DNA of 64,000 bases from Eledone cirrhosa (GCA_964016885.1 CAXHJY010001737.1:62001-126000), one strand, 5' to 3'; positions 12,850 through 26,594 are shown, counted from the stretch's first letter. The notes: generated by a model from the letters alone, not told the origin. Numbers and translations are program-made.

Positions 12850-13875
12850 GGGCAGAATGGAAAGAAACGTTACCCTGGAGGATGTCGAAGGAGATATACT
12901 TGCATAGCCATTCCAACACTGGCGGGGCTCACTCTTACGGGTGGTCAGTTCCACCCCAATGGTAGGGCGTAAGGTGGTGGTCTAGCGGTCAAAAATAGAA
13001 ATATCCACAGCAACAGGTCTGACTAGAGGCCTTCCAACACTGGCGGCGTTCACTGATACGGCTGGTCAACTCCACCCCGATTGTATGGCGTAAAGTAGTG
13101 GTCCGGAGGTCAAAATTAGAAATCTCCACTGCAACAGGTTTCACCAGAAGCCGCCATTCCAACACTGGCGGGGCTCAGTCCTACAGGTGGCCAAGCTCCA
13201 CCCCGATGGTAAGGCATAGGGATATGGCACAGGAGCCAAAACGCCAGAAGTCTCCACTGTTACAGGTTTGACCAGAAGCCAGTCTATTTCATGGGGATCA
13301 CTCCAGCGGGTGGCGAATAGGGTGTAGGAAACTGGTCATGGCTGGGATGGGGCCCAAGAAAGCCAGAAGGCTCCACTGTTACAGGTTTGATCAGAAGCCA
13401 GTCTATTTCATGGGGATCACTCCAGCGGGTGGCGAATAGGGTGTAGGAAGCTGGTCATGGCTGGGATGGGGCCCAAGAAAGCCAGAAGGCTCCACTGTTA
13501 CAGGTTTGATCAGAAGCCAGTCTATTTCATGGGGATCACTCCAGCGGGTGGCGAATAGGGTGTAGGAAGCTGGTCATGGCTGGGATGGGGCCCAAGAAAG
13601 CCAGAAGGCTCCACTGTTACAGGTTTGATCAGAAGCCGCCATTCCAACTGCTGGGGATCACCCCTACGGGTGGTCAAACTCCACCCCGATGATAGGGCGT
13701 AGGGATGTGAACCAGGGACCAAAAATACCGTAACCCTCCACTGTTATATGTTTGACAGGAAGCCAGTCTTCTTCATGTGGTCAGTCCTACGGGTAGTCAA
13801 ACTCTACATCGATGATAGGGCACAGGTATGTGGTCCGGGTGGAGCCCAAGAACGCCAGAAGTTTCTACAGCTGTA
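12850..13875 (-). mobile_element. Decayed 3' end of a CRE-like (restriction-like endonuclease) non-LTR retrotransposon, tandemly amplified as about 119-124 bp units
   Basis: Minus-strand units translate as LVKPVAVE...IGVELT.R..E.RQ / LTTRRGDPQQLEW and end in LEWLCKYISFDILQGN, resembling the RLE C-terminus (PVAVE...GDPR...LxQRISxAIxRGN). Three near-identical 119-bp copies start at 13281, 13400 and 13519. Confidence 0.55.
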
Positions 13876-13974
13876 GGCGGTGCAGTGTGTCTTTGATCAA
13901 AACAGTTTTTTGTCACGTTAATCCTGTCCAATCAGCTGTCAAAAATTAGTTGCAATTGTTACACAAAGAGGTCA

Positions 13975-14290
13975 GACATGTCATGCTGAATCTCCCAGAG
14001 AACTACTGAATCTTCCCAAGAACTACTGAATCTCCCTGAGAACTACTGAATCTTCCCGAGAACTACTGATTCTCTCTGAGAACTACTAACTCTCCCTGAG
14101 AACTACTGAATCTCCCTGAGAAATACCTTAAGGGTACACGTGTCTGTGGAATACTCAACCACTTGCACTATGATCTAAGATGGATTTATAATAGATGCCA
14201 GGGTGAATCTCCCTGAGAACTCCTGAATCTCCCTGAGAACAACGTCAGCGTACTCGTGTCTATGTATAAAACGCTCAGTCACTTCCATTC
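13975..14290 (+). repeat. Interspersed repeat (gtcatgctgaatctccctgagaactac...) with a 20-bp tandem amplification
   Basis: gaactactgaatctccctga repeats about 7 times. The same family appears as larger tandem units at 33555-34170. Confidence 0.75.
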
Positions 14291-14292
14291 CA

Positions 14293-14465
14293 TTTGGCAA
14301 GGGTCGGACACCATGCTTTGACGCATAGAGTTACGGCCCTTGCCATTCTGAGTTCAAATCCCGCCGAGGTTAACTTTGCCTTTCATCCTTACGGGGTCGA
14401 TAAAATAAAGTACCAGTAATGTACTGGGATAATTGCTGGCCTTGTGCCAATAGTAGAAACAATTA
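14293..14465 (+). mobile_element. SINE family A copy (further single copies at about 12500-12660 -, 23995-24192 -, 25443-25632 +, 59875-60052 -)
   Basis: B-box gttcaaatcc plus the conserved core and gtagaaacaatt end. Confidence 0.9.
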
Positions 14466-14519
14466 TTATTCCATTGTTTGAACTACTAAAGTACTCGTTA
14501 TCATAGAAACCGACGGAGA

Positions 14520-15830
14520 TCCAACACACACACACAGACACACACACAGACATAGACACACATATGCACACGCACGCATAGACACTCACCTACACACACA
14601 CACGCACACACACATTCACACACGCACGCACACTGGCGTATTCAAAGACACACACGCACAGACATACACTTACACACACAAACACACGCACACACATACA
14701 CACTCGCACACATACACGCAGACGTATATATCCCCCTCCACAGAAACATAGAGCACCCCTCTCCACACTGACACACTTACTCACACACATACTCACACTC
14801 TCACACGTACACTAACACACACAAACACACACACACACACACACTGACACATTTCTAGACACACAGACACTCTCTCAAACACTGACACACATACAATGTC
14901 ACTGACACACTTTTATACACTCAAACACACTCACACACAATGACACACACACCGACAAACTCTCTCTCACACACACTGAAACACACACACCGACAAACTC
15001 TTTCACACACACACACTGAAACACATCCGCACGCACTCACATATTTGCACTGAAACAGACACACACACGCATTCACACCATTTTCACTGACACACACCCA
15101 CAAACTCTCTCACAGACACACTGAAACATACTCACTAACAAATTTACACATTCAAACACACTTACAAACACTCACACACACTTACCCACACTCTAATAAA
15201 CTTGCACTCAGACACTGACATAGACGCACTCACACAATGACGCACACACTCACAAACACTTTCACACATACACGTTCTATCACACACACACACTCACAAA
15301 ACTCTCACTCACAAACACTTTCACACACACTCTCTCTCACACACTAGCATACTTACACTCATAAACACTTTCACACACTCACAAAAACTTTCACACACAC
15401 ACACTCTCTCACACACTAACATACTTACATGCACACACACACTGACACAAACACATCCACAGACACACTCACAAACACTTTCACACACACACTCTCTAAC
15501 ACACTAACATACTTACACGCACACACACATACACACTCTCTCATACTCACACAACACACACTCTCACACACATCACGGCTTTAAACTAACGTGCCTGCTA
15601 ATATACCTTTCACGTGACTGGACACTGACTTTAAATAACAAGCACACAACAAACAAACAAAGAACAAAACACACACACACACACACGAAACAACAACAAA
15701 AACAACAGAAAAACATAAAACAACACAAGACAACAACAACAGCAAAACATAAAACAAACACCAACAAGAACAAAATATAAAACAACAAAACAAATCAACA
15801 ACAAAAGGATATCAATGGCTAAAAAACAAA
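14520..15830. repeat. Degenerate (CA)n followed by (AAC)n low-complexity sequence
   Basis: Direct inspection. Confidence 0.9.
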
Positions 15831-16285
15831 ATAAAAAACCGGCGGCCATTTTGATCCCCTGCATTTATCCGAACGATGTCGTTATATTTTTAGGAATGGA
15901 TAACATAAGTCACGGAAGCTAGATTTGCCTTTGTATCGAACTCACGTACAGAAAGTCATGCTGATTTGCTTACAAATAAAATGTTAAGACAATAGAGAGA
16001 AAACAGGCAATCTTTAACCAGATTAACTTTAGTTTTTTCATTGCTTTAATCTTTACATCCTCGAAATATTTATATTTTTTCATCGTATTTAGATATTTTA
16101 TTTTGGGGAAAGATTTTCGGATTTTTTTTTGGGGGGGTTTATTTTGTGTTTTAATCTTTGGATGATATTTTTTCTTTTTTCCACTCAACGTCTTCTATTT
16201 TGTTATCGTTCATTCTTGTGGTGTTTGTACTGCGTGCATTATGGCGCGTGGGTTCGTGTTCTTGGAAAGTATAATATATATGTGG

Positions 16286-16346
<61 letters not shown>

Positions 16347-16377
16347 TATGTATATGTATGTATGTATAATTATATAA

Positions 16378-16454
<77 letters not shown>

Positions 16455-16553
16455 GAGAGAGAGAGATGTATATACGTATATATACGCATGTATATATATG
16501 AGAAGCACATTTCATGGACTCACCAATACTCAATTACCAATTAGACGAGTGCA

Positions 16554-16636
<83 letters not shown>

Positions 16637-16884
16637 TGTATATATATATATATACATTTACATACATATATACACTCATGCTGCACAAGCAGCAACAGTA
16701 GTGACAACAACAACATATATATATAATAGGTCAATATATAATGCAATCTATGTAATATTACAATACTAGTTGTATACAACAACAACAACAACAACAACAA
16801 AATGTAATCAGAATGTAACTACATATAATTTGACTAATACAATCAAAATAATTGCATAATATCTATCTATCTATCATAATATAT

Positions 16885-17074
<190 letters not shown>

Positions 17075-17084
17075 GTATATATAT

Positions 17085-17118
<34 letters not shown>

Positions 17119-17256
17119 TATATATAGTATTGGCGGTCGCGAGAATGAATACTCTATACCATAATGGAGATTAATAGTTTGATGCCATGGTCGAGTCAGT
17201 GTCCCGTTGCTCTAGAATTTCTGCATATATATATATATATACTTGTTGTATGTATG

Positions 17257-17301
<45 letters not shown>

Positions 17302-17304
17302 GTA

Positions 17305-17387
<83 letters not shown>

Positions 17388-17397
17388 GTATATTTAT

Positions 17398-17428
<31 letters not shown>

Positions 17429-17434
17429 AATGTA

Positions 17435-17529
<95 letters not shown>

Positions 17530-17566
17530 GTATATTTATATATAAATATATATATATATAAATGTA

Positions 17567-17624
<58 letters not shown>

Positions 17625-17630
<6 letters not shown>

Positions 17631-17971
17631 ATCAAAAGATGGTTAAAGGAGTTCCATGTATTTTATTATGCGCATTTCAAAAACAAACATCATCATGCAA
17701 TAATATTTGTGTTTTCATCAGATAAAACAGGAGAACATGCTATCCACAAGTGTTTTTTAGCCTTCATATCATGTTCTCCTGTTTTATCTGATGAAAACAC
17801 AAATATTATTGCATGATGATGTTTGTTTTTTAAATGCGCATAATAAAATACATGGAACTCCTTTAACCATCTTTTGATCTTATATTATGTATACTCCAGT
17901 CCTACAAACTGTAGAGTGCTTCTTATCCGATATCTGCATTGCTTTATTGTACTACAATAAAACTCACCTCC
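17625..17971 (+). mobile_element. Fold-back mini-element in (TA)n: about 113-bp inverted arms, about 30-bp spacer, about 85-bp one-sided tail
   Basis: taagatcaaaagatgg...ggagaacatg and catgttctcc...ccatcttttgatctta are reverse complements with a single mismatch seen (17831). Confidence 0.85.
17661..17727 (-). ncRNA. Type I hammerhead ribozyme (intact core); the plus-strand twin at 17782-17848 has GAAA>TAAA
   Basis: ttttat CTGATGA [long stem II aaacacaaatattatt/gatgatgtttgttttt] GAAA tgcgca TA ataaaa. Stem I is 6 bp, stem III is the palindrome ATGCGCAT, and the triplet is AUA. Confidence 0.85.
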
Positions 17972-18196
17972 TACATATATATATATATATATATAGATAT
18001 ATGTGAATGTATGTATATTCACTCTGATAGTTTGTATAATTTTGTACATAGATCTTTTGAATATGCATACCAATTCTAACACATATATGTCCTAGAAACG
18101 ATCGTAAAATAATGAACTTTTTTTGTTTAATATAAGGAACTGTTTCTTTGTTTATTCATTATTTTTTAAAATAATTTATATATATAAATGTATATT

Positions 18197-18297
<101 letters not shown>

Positions 18298-18349
18298 GTA
18301 TATATATATATATATATATATAAATATATATAAATGTATATATATATAA

Positions 18350-18415
<66 letters not shown>

Positions 18416-18424
18416 GTATATATA

Positions 18425-18474
<50 letters not shown>

Positions 18475-18523
18475 ATATACATATATATTTATATATATAT
18501 ATATATTTATATGTATATATATA

Positions 18524-18588
<65 letters not shown>

Positions 18589-18589
18589 T

Positions 18590-18647
<58 letters not shown>

Positions 18648-18651
18648 TATT

Positions 18652-18682
<31 letters not shown>

Positions 18683-18711
18683 ATATATACTTATATATTT
18701 ATATATATATA

Positions 18712-18770
<59 letters not shown>

Positions 18771-18771
18771 T

Positions 18772-18807
<36 letters not shown>

Positions 18808-19178
18808 TATATAAATATATAAATATATATATGTGTGTGTGAGTGTATCCCGGGTTCAATCGGGGATAACCACAGTAAGCAAGGTACTCAGTACATAGCA
18901 GAGTATAAATATTTAATATAGAAATCGCTTCTACAGGACTAGAACTGTTTCTAGACAGTTCCTGATGATTTCCTTCGAATGAGTATATATATATATATAT
19001 ATATATATATAACGAAGGAAGTTTGGTAAGGAACCAGGTCGACCATAATGCACCAGAGTACTCAATACTTAGGGTAGTAGAGTGGGTAATAGGAAAATAG
19101 TGAAGATCCACTATTGGGTTAGTTCAGATCTAGCTGTCGAAACGGCCGGAGCTCAGCCGTCGGGGCCCTGACTCTTTT

Positions 19179-19241
<63 letters not shown>

Positions 19242-19381
19242 TACGTCAATACTCATCTTTTTCCATTTCTCTGAGGGTTCTAAACCCCACTATCAGGCTA
19301 AAATTTCTTTAGTCAAGAAATACGGTGAAAGCTTCTACTTTCTAATTTCAAACTTGCTCGCTGTTTCAAAACATACTTACT

Positions 19382-19437
<56 letters not shown>

Positions 19438-19484
19438 AATGAATAATAACAGGTAGACATCATAAAAAGGTAGTTTATTCCGTG

Positions 19485-19596
19485 TGCTTACAAGTGTTTC
19501 CACGGTGGTACTGCAGCCTAGTTCCGCTACGTGCAAATTCACAAGTATTTGCAGAACTCGAATATCCAATGCTGTGACCACTGTTTCCTCAGAGCA
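19485..19596 (-). ncRNA. Type I hammerhead ribozyme with extended, branched stem II in the PLE pseudo-LTR
   Basis: tgct CTGAGGA aacagtggt...accaccgtg GAAA cacttg TA agca. Stem I tgct/agca; stem II 7 of 9 pairs around an internal hairpin tgcaaat/atttgca; GUA triplet; predicted cut between 19489 and 19488. Confidence 0.75.
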
Positions 19597-20089
19597 GAAT
19601 GGTAAATATACAATGTAAAAACCCTTAAGTGGGGTTGTTGGGGAAGATAGAGTGGAACATGAAGAGAGAAAAGTGGGGAAGAAGGAAAGAGAAGGAAAGA
19701 TATGCAGGGGTTGGAGAAGTAGGAGAGAGTGGCTTATAGATATCTTAATCAAAATGTTATGGTAGGGGTTTTAATAGTTACTTTTGGAGAGATGCGTAGA
19801 TAGTTGAGGTCGGAATTATTTATTGCCCCAGAGGTCAGGTTCATAGATGTTGAGAGGGAGGTAGGTCAAAGGTGAGAGAGAGAGAGTGTAATGGATGTAG
19901 AGAGAGATATATAGGTAGAGAGGGGACAGATAAAGTATATGTGGTGAGTGAACTTTTGGTTCTGTAGTAGTAATCTAGGAATTGTACTGAGTTACCATGT
20001 ATAGTGATAAGCAGTGTATTGTCTTGTAGTGTGGGGGAGAAGAGAAGGTTGTTAGGTAGAAAGTGGTGTTGTAGTTACGGGTTCGAATG

Positions 20090-20736
20090 TTAAGTTATTT
20101 TATAGTGAGAGAATTTAGCTTTTAGTTTGTGGTTGCAGTATAATGATCGTTCAATTCTATCGTTAAGTAGTTTGTTTTGGGATTTTAGTATGTAAAATAG
20201 CTCAAGGTTACATAACCTGCAGTACTTCAAACCACTCCGATATGCATTTGCGCTGGAAAGTATATCCCATTTTAAGGTGAACTGTTGGTTGTGTTCACGG
20301 AGTTGCCAGGTCTTGTTGGCGAGCGTGGTCACAAAACGGTGATTCAGATGTTTGATTGAGAATCGATGACGGTACCAGCGAGATTTAAACGATGTGGTGG
20401 TAGATCCGATATAATACCATTTCTGGTCGTCCGATTCAACCGTGAATTGGTAAACAATGTTGGACTTTAGGCATTCATTCTGCAATGGACATCTTTCAGG
20501 TAGATGGCAGTTACATGCTTTGTTGTGGGTAGCGGGTATACAATGGATAGGTTGTGATAGCGGTACAGGTGGGTTGTGCAATACCCGTCTCCCATTTAGT
20601 GGTTGGGAGGCAGATATTGCGTTCTGCCCATCTGTTACTAAAATGTTTTGTTTTGTAGAGTTGTTTAATTGCCTTAAGTTAAGTTTTTTTATGTATGCTT
20701 CAAGGTTTGGTGCCGTGGAGTATGATAGTCTAATAG
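20090..20736 (-). pseudogene. PLE ORF C-terminus: linker Cys motif plus GIY-YIG endonuclease
   Basis: IRLSYSTAPNL...CNCHLPERCPLQNECLKSNIVYQ...YYIGST...FKSRWYRH...CRLCNLE; paralogous to 49903-51441. Confidence 0.88.
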
Positions 20737-20930
20737 CACACGGAATAAACTACCTTTTTATGATGTCTACCTGTTATTATTCATTCTTTATATACACTCC
20801 GGAATACTGAAGGATCAGGAACTAAGTTTCTTGAACAATTCTTCCATAACTCGTAGAGTAACCTCTTACCGTACGTCAACCATATCCAGTGTAGTAATTA
20901 ACCATCACTACATCTTGGATAATCCTATAC

Positions 20931-20992
<62 letters not shown>

Positions 20993-20998
<6 letters not shown>

Positions 20999-21303
20999 TG
21001 TAATAAACAACATAAGGCAATTATTCCATTTACCAGTGGTTTCTTAAAAGCAAAAGATTTTGCTTTCAATCCTCAGAATGAAAAAATCCTGGTCTGTTTA
21101 TTGAATAGGTTTTTTAAAATCCAAATTCAATAAACAGACCAGGATTTTTTCATTCTGAGGATTGAAAGCAAAATCTTTTGCTTTTAAGAAACCACTGGTA
21201 AATGGAATAATTGCCTTATGTTGTTTATTACATAACTATTAAGCTCTGTTACCTACATAGAGCACTCTTTTTTCCTGGACTTTTCCGACGGAATTACTTC
21301 ATT
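20993..21303 (+). mobile_element. Fold-back mini-element: about 114-bp inverted arms, 18-bp spacer, about 65-bp tail
   Basis: atagttatgtaat...gtttattgaat and attcaataaac...attacataactat are reverse complements. Flanked by (TA)n/(CA)n. Confidence 0.85.
21148..21207 (+). ncRNA. Type I hammerhead ribozyme, canonical core (identical twin on the minus strand at 21024-21083)
   Basis: tttcatt CTGAGGA ttgaaagcaaaa-tc-ttttgcttttaa GAAA ccactgg TA aatggaa. Stem I 7 bp, stem II 12 bp, stem III ACCA-c-TGGT, GUA cut after 21200. Confidence 0.9.
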
Positions 21304-21361
21304 CACACACACACACATATATATATATATATAGTTAGAATGCCCCAGATAAGAAAAAGAA

Positions 21362-21418
<57 letters not shown>

Positions 21419-21973
21419 GATTCCCGATGTATGTATGTATATATATAATACTCAAACAATTCGATTGGCATCTACTATATTGCGGCTACAACTTCGAGTT
21501 ATACTTATTATCGTTATTTCATTATAGAAATAACTTGAACAAATGCATGTGTATATATTGGCTCGACGTGTTCTAAAAGGTATCGGGAGAAAGAAAACAA
21601 TAGATAAATATAAGATAACGTGTGACATATATGGGATATAGAAAACTTGGAAAAGACGAACGCTGGGAGATTTCCCGCTCGTCAGCTGTCTACTGAGCGC
21701 CTTCTTAATTTCGGGGGCTTTACACACAAACTCACACACATATATATATATATATATCAATAGTCGATCGACTTTCGTCAAATCGGGGACCGAGGAAACG
21801 ATGTTTCCATGGGTCTTTCCAATTGCTAATACTATCTATCGGTTGTTAGAAGGAACAACGTGAAATATAGTGTCTTGTTCAAGGACATAACGCATCACCC
21901 AGCTCGGGAATCGAAATCACAACCTCACAATTGCGAATCCAATCCTCTAACCACTCAGCCATGCGCCTATCTA

Positions 21974-22212
<239 letters not shown>

Positions 22213-22276
22213 TTCAAGGAGACAACAAACACATGGGTGAAACTACAGTAACTTCACGTTACACTCCCTGGATATT

Positions 22277-22345
<69 letters not shown>

Positions 22346-22511
22346 GTATATATATATATTACATGGCATGGTCCTGTAAATTCTGTGGAATTCGTAAGGG
22401 TGCTGTATTGACATACAGACTTTTGAGGGCATTTTAAAACCTGGTAGAGCCCATATCTTCCAGAGAATGATAGAAAGTGAGAGACTGGAAGTGAGAAATA
22501 TATATATATAA

Positions 22512-22573
<62 letters not shown>

Positions 22574-22645
22574 GGGTACTGGTCAGCAATGTAAACACCA
22601 CGAAAAACCAGTAACATATCAATAGATAGGAAAATACATCTTATA

Positions 22646-22714
22646 CTATCTGATGAAAACATGCCAGGGGGCTATGATATAACCACTCTGACATTTTTGA
22701 AATACGTATAATGG
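22646..22714 (+). ncRNA. Type I hammerhead ribozyme in an isolated insert (about 22571-22757) within (TA)n
   Basis: ctat CTGATGA [imperfect long stem II aaacatgccagggg/ccactctgacattttt] GAAA tacgta TA atgg. Palindromic stem III ATACGTAT, AUA triplet. Confidence 0.78.
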
Positions 22715-22756
22715 AATCATGTAATAAAATGAAGATGTACAAATAAAACCGCCTTT

Positions 22757-22823
<67 letters not shown>

Positions 22824-23227
22824 AGAGAGAGAGAGAGAGTATGTGTGAGAGAAAGACAGATAGATGAATAGATAGTTAGATAGATAAATAGATAGATAGA
22901 TACACACGTACACATGTATTGAAAACAGTTTTAAGATTAAACGAAGATAAAGTATCACCTCCTCCACCACCACCACCGCCTGCATCCACGTAACACATTT
23001 CATTCATTTCTTCTTCCTTCACCTCCTCCCCCCTCCTCCTCCCCTTCCACCCGCCTTCCTCTTCTCCCCCCTCCTTCCTTTTCTTTAATCTCCAGTGTTG
23101 ATTCTTTGCCTGCTTATTTATACACAGTGACGAACTGTTGTTCTCGTTGTTGTTGTTGTTGTTGTTGTTGTTTTCGTTGTTGTCGTTTGTTTTATAGAAT
23201 TTTGATCGTCAGTACAGCACAACACCA

Positions 23228-23277
<50 letters not shown>

Positions 23278-23394
23278 CATGGGTGTATATGTGTGTTTAT
23301 GTGTGTGTATATATATATATAAACAGACACTCTCTCACACACACATATATATATATATATACACACATACATACATATTCAAAGGTGTATATGC

Positions 23395-23425
<31 letters not shown>

Positions 23426-23498
23426 CATATACATATATGCATAGGTGTATATGTGTGTGTATGTGTGTGTATGTATATATATATATGTGTGAGTGTGT

Positions 23499-23557
<59 letters not shown>

Positions 23558-23734
23558 AACACACATATACTCCCATGTATATATATATCTATATATATAT
23601 ATCTCTCTCTCTCTCTATATATATATACACCATGAAACAACCAATTTTCTCCAGCTAGGCATCTCCAGAGATTATCTCACCTTCTACAATTGATTGCCAT
23701 TACCTACCTGTGATTAAACTAACAGAAATTGGGG

Positions 23735-25405
23735 GACAACAACAACAACAACGACAACAACAACAACGACAACAACAACAACAACAACAACAACAGTAAC
23801 AACAACAACAACAACAATAGCAACCATGATAAGAATAGCAGCAACAAAAGCGACAATAACAAAAACAACAACAATATCAACAACAACGACAACAACAATA
23901 GCAACAACAACGACAACAACAATAGCAACAACAACGACAACAACAATAGCAACAACAATAGCTACAATAACAACAGCAACAACGCCAGCTCCAAGAATTG
24001 TTTCTACTTTTGGCACAAGGCCAGCAATTATTCCAGTGTATTACTGGTACTTTATTTTATCGACCCCCCTCCCGCCCTCCCCCCGTAAGGATAAAAGGGA
24101 AAGTGAACCTCGGCGGGATTTGAACTCAGACCGTAAAGGGCTGTAACTCTATGCGTCAAAGCAGGGTGTCCGACCCTCTACTGATACTGCCAACAATAAT
24201 AACAACAACGACAATAACAACAACAGCAACAACTACAACAGCAACAATAACAAAAACAGCAACAATAATTATGGCAACAACAAAAACAACAATACTAACA
24301 ACAACAAAAACAACAACAGTAACATCAATAACAACAACGACAACAATAACAACAACAACAACAATAAGAACATCAACAACAACAGAGACAACAGCAACGA
24401 CAACAATAACAACAACAACAACAACAACAATAATAACAACAACAACAACAACGACAACAACAGAGACAATAACAACAACAACAACAATAACAGCCACCCC
24501 ACCCTTCCCCAATTAATATAATGATAGATAAAAGAATACGACCACCCGAAATAGATTTACAATTACGATAAAATTAATGAACTAGACACAGCACAACACA
24601 CAAATGATAGAAAAGGTCATGTGGGTATATTATAACATATAGTAGAGGTGGGGGTAGTGGTGGTGGTGGTGGTTATGCTGTGTGGTGGTGGTGGTGGTGT
24701 GTGGTGGTGGTGGTGGTGGTGCTGTGTGGTGGTGGTGGTGGTGGTGCTGTGTGGTAGTGGTGGTGTGGTGGTGGTGGTGATGGTGCTGTGTGGTGGTGGT
24801 ACTGTGGTGGTGGTGGTGCTGTGTGGTGGTGGTGGTGTTGTGTGGTGGTGGTGATGGTGCTGTGTGGGGGTGGTACTGTGGTGGTGGTGGTGGTGCTGTG
24901 TGGTGGTGGTGGTGCTATGTGGTGGTGGTGGTGGTGCTGTGTGGTGGTACTGTGGTGGTGCTGTGTGGTGGTGGTGGTGGTGTTGTGTGGTGGTGGTGAT
25001 GGTGCTGTGTGGTGGTGGTGGTGTGGTGGTGGTGATCGTGCTGTGTGGTGGTGGTGGTGGTGGTACTGTGGTGGTGGTGGTAGTGGTGGTGGTACTGTGG
25101 TGGTGGTTCTGTGTGGTGGCGGTTGTGGTGGTGGTGGTGGTGCTGTGTGGTGGTGGTTGTGCTGTGTGGTGGTGGTGTTGTGTGGTGGTGGTGTGGTGGT
25201 GGTGATGGTGCTGAGTGGTGGTGGTAGTGGTGGTGGTGGTGGTGTTGTGTGGTGGTGGTGGTGCTGTGGTAGTGGTGCTGTGATGGTGGTGGTGGTGCTG
25301 TGTAGTGGTGGTGGTGGTGGTGCTGTATGGTGGTGATGGTGATGATGGTGTTGGTATCGTGTGGTGGTGGTGTTGGTGTTGTGTGGTGGTGGTGGTGGTG
25401 GTGGG
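23735..25405. repeat. (AAC)n tracts around a SINE, then a (GGT)n/GGTGCTGTGT tract
   Basis: Direct inspection. Confidence 0.92.
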
Positions 25406-25775
25406 AGGGAGAAAAGGTTGTGTAGATATATTATAATATATAGTGGTGGATTGGCAGTATCGGTAGAGGGTCTGACGCCATGCTTTGCAGCAAAGACTTA
25501 CGGCCCTTTGTGGCCTGAGTTCAAATCCCGCCGAGATAAACTTTGCCTTTCATCCTTACGGGGTTGATAAAATAAAGTACCAGTAATGTACTGGATTAAT
25601 TGCTGGCCTTGTGCCAAATGTAGAAACAATTATGATATATAGTAGAGGTTGGGGTAGTGTTGTTGCTGTGTGGCGGTGATGGTGGGGAGGAATAATGCTT
25701 AACAGTGAACGTAATATTAAAACTAAAAGACAACCATACTGTATTTGCTCTAGTTATAATTAGTTAGAGTCATAA

Positions 25776-26229
25776 TCTATATATATATTACTAAAAGTCT
25801 GTGATTGCTTGCTTGTCTGTAATGTAATACAGCCAAAAGGGCGCATAGTGGGGAAATACTTTGAATGGAAGTTGCCCCTGAAATGGGAATACAAATGGAA
25901 TAAAATAAGTTTCGCGTAAATCGGAGCATGGGTTCAGAGATATGGGGTTTTCTGGGTACCTTCATAAGCAAAGAAAGAGAAGGACAGAGAGAAAGAGATA
26001 GTGGTTGTGAGAGAGAGGGCTGTTGGTGTTGTGTATATATATATATATGAGAGTATGTGTGTATATATCTATACACACACACACATTTATATATATACAT
26101 ACACACACGTATATATATATATATGGGCCTTCCAGTTTCATTTCACCTTATATACATGTCTGTGTATATTTTGATTATTTAAAAATTATTTTGAAGTGAA
26201 CGAGACCCAACGGGTCACGGGTGGTCTTG
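25776..26229 (+). mobile_element. Putative non-autonomous Helitron
   Basis: A|TCTATATATATATTACTAAAAGTCTGT 5' end; 3' GC hairpin gaccc-aac-gggtc followed by CTTG|T (variant of CTRR); no TSD. Confidence 0.5.
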
Positions 26230-26594
26230 TTTGTTTTATGATTAACTGGAAGTTAAGTGAATTAGCGTGTCAAGACATGGACAGAATGGAACTAACGATT
26301 TCTAGGCCCTAGGACCACCTCCCTATTCATCACTATCGGCGGTGGTAAATCCCTCATCCGATAACTCCGATATAAAACCTGTAACTCAGTAGTTACCGAT
26401 GATGTTGATCTTTTCTTCTTTTCAGGTTATAGCTACTGTCGCTCAGAGAGTGGGATTGGCTCAGTGCACAGTCTTTCCTCACTTAAAAAAAATATCTTCA
26501 CGCACAGGCATTGCACGGTAGAATGAATTAATAATTATTAATAATGGTATGTCGTGCAATGGCCATACTCGATAACGAGGGGGCAACCATCATG

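Larger units (their letters stand above)
19431..20934 (-). mobile_element. 5'-truncated Penelope-like element with an inverted pseudo-LTR segment
   Basis: GIY-YIG ORF remnant on the minus strand. 19431-19488 is the reverse complement of 20735-20792. Flanked by (TA)n on both sides. Confidence 0.88.

Noticed and set aside
21645-21695. Minus-strand CTGACGA gcgg GAAA hammerhead candidate
   Set aside because: No pairing for stem I or III and no positioned NUH.
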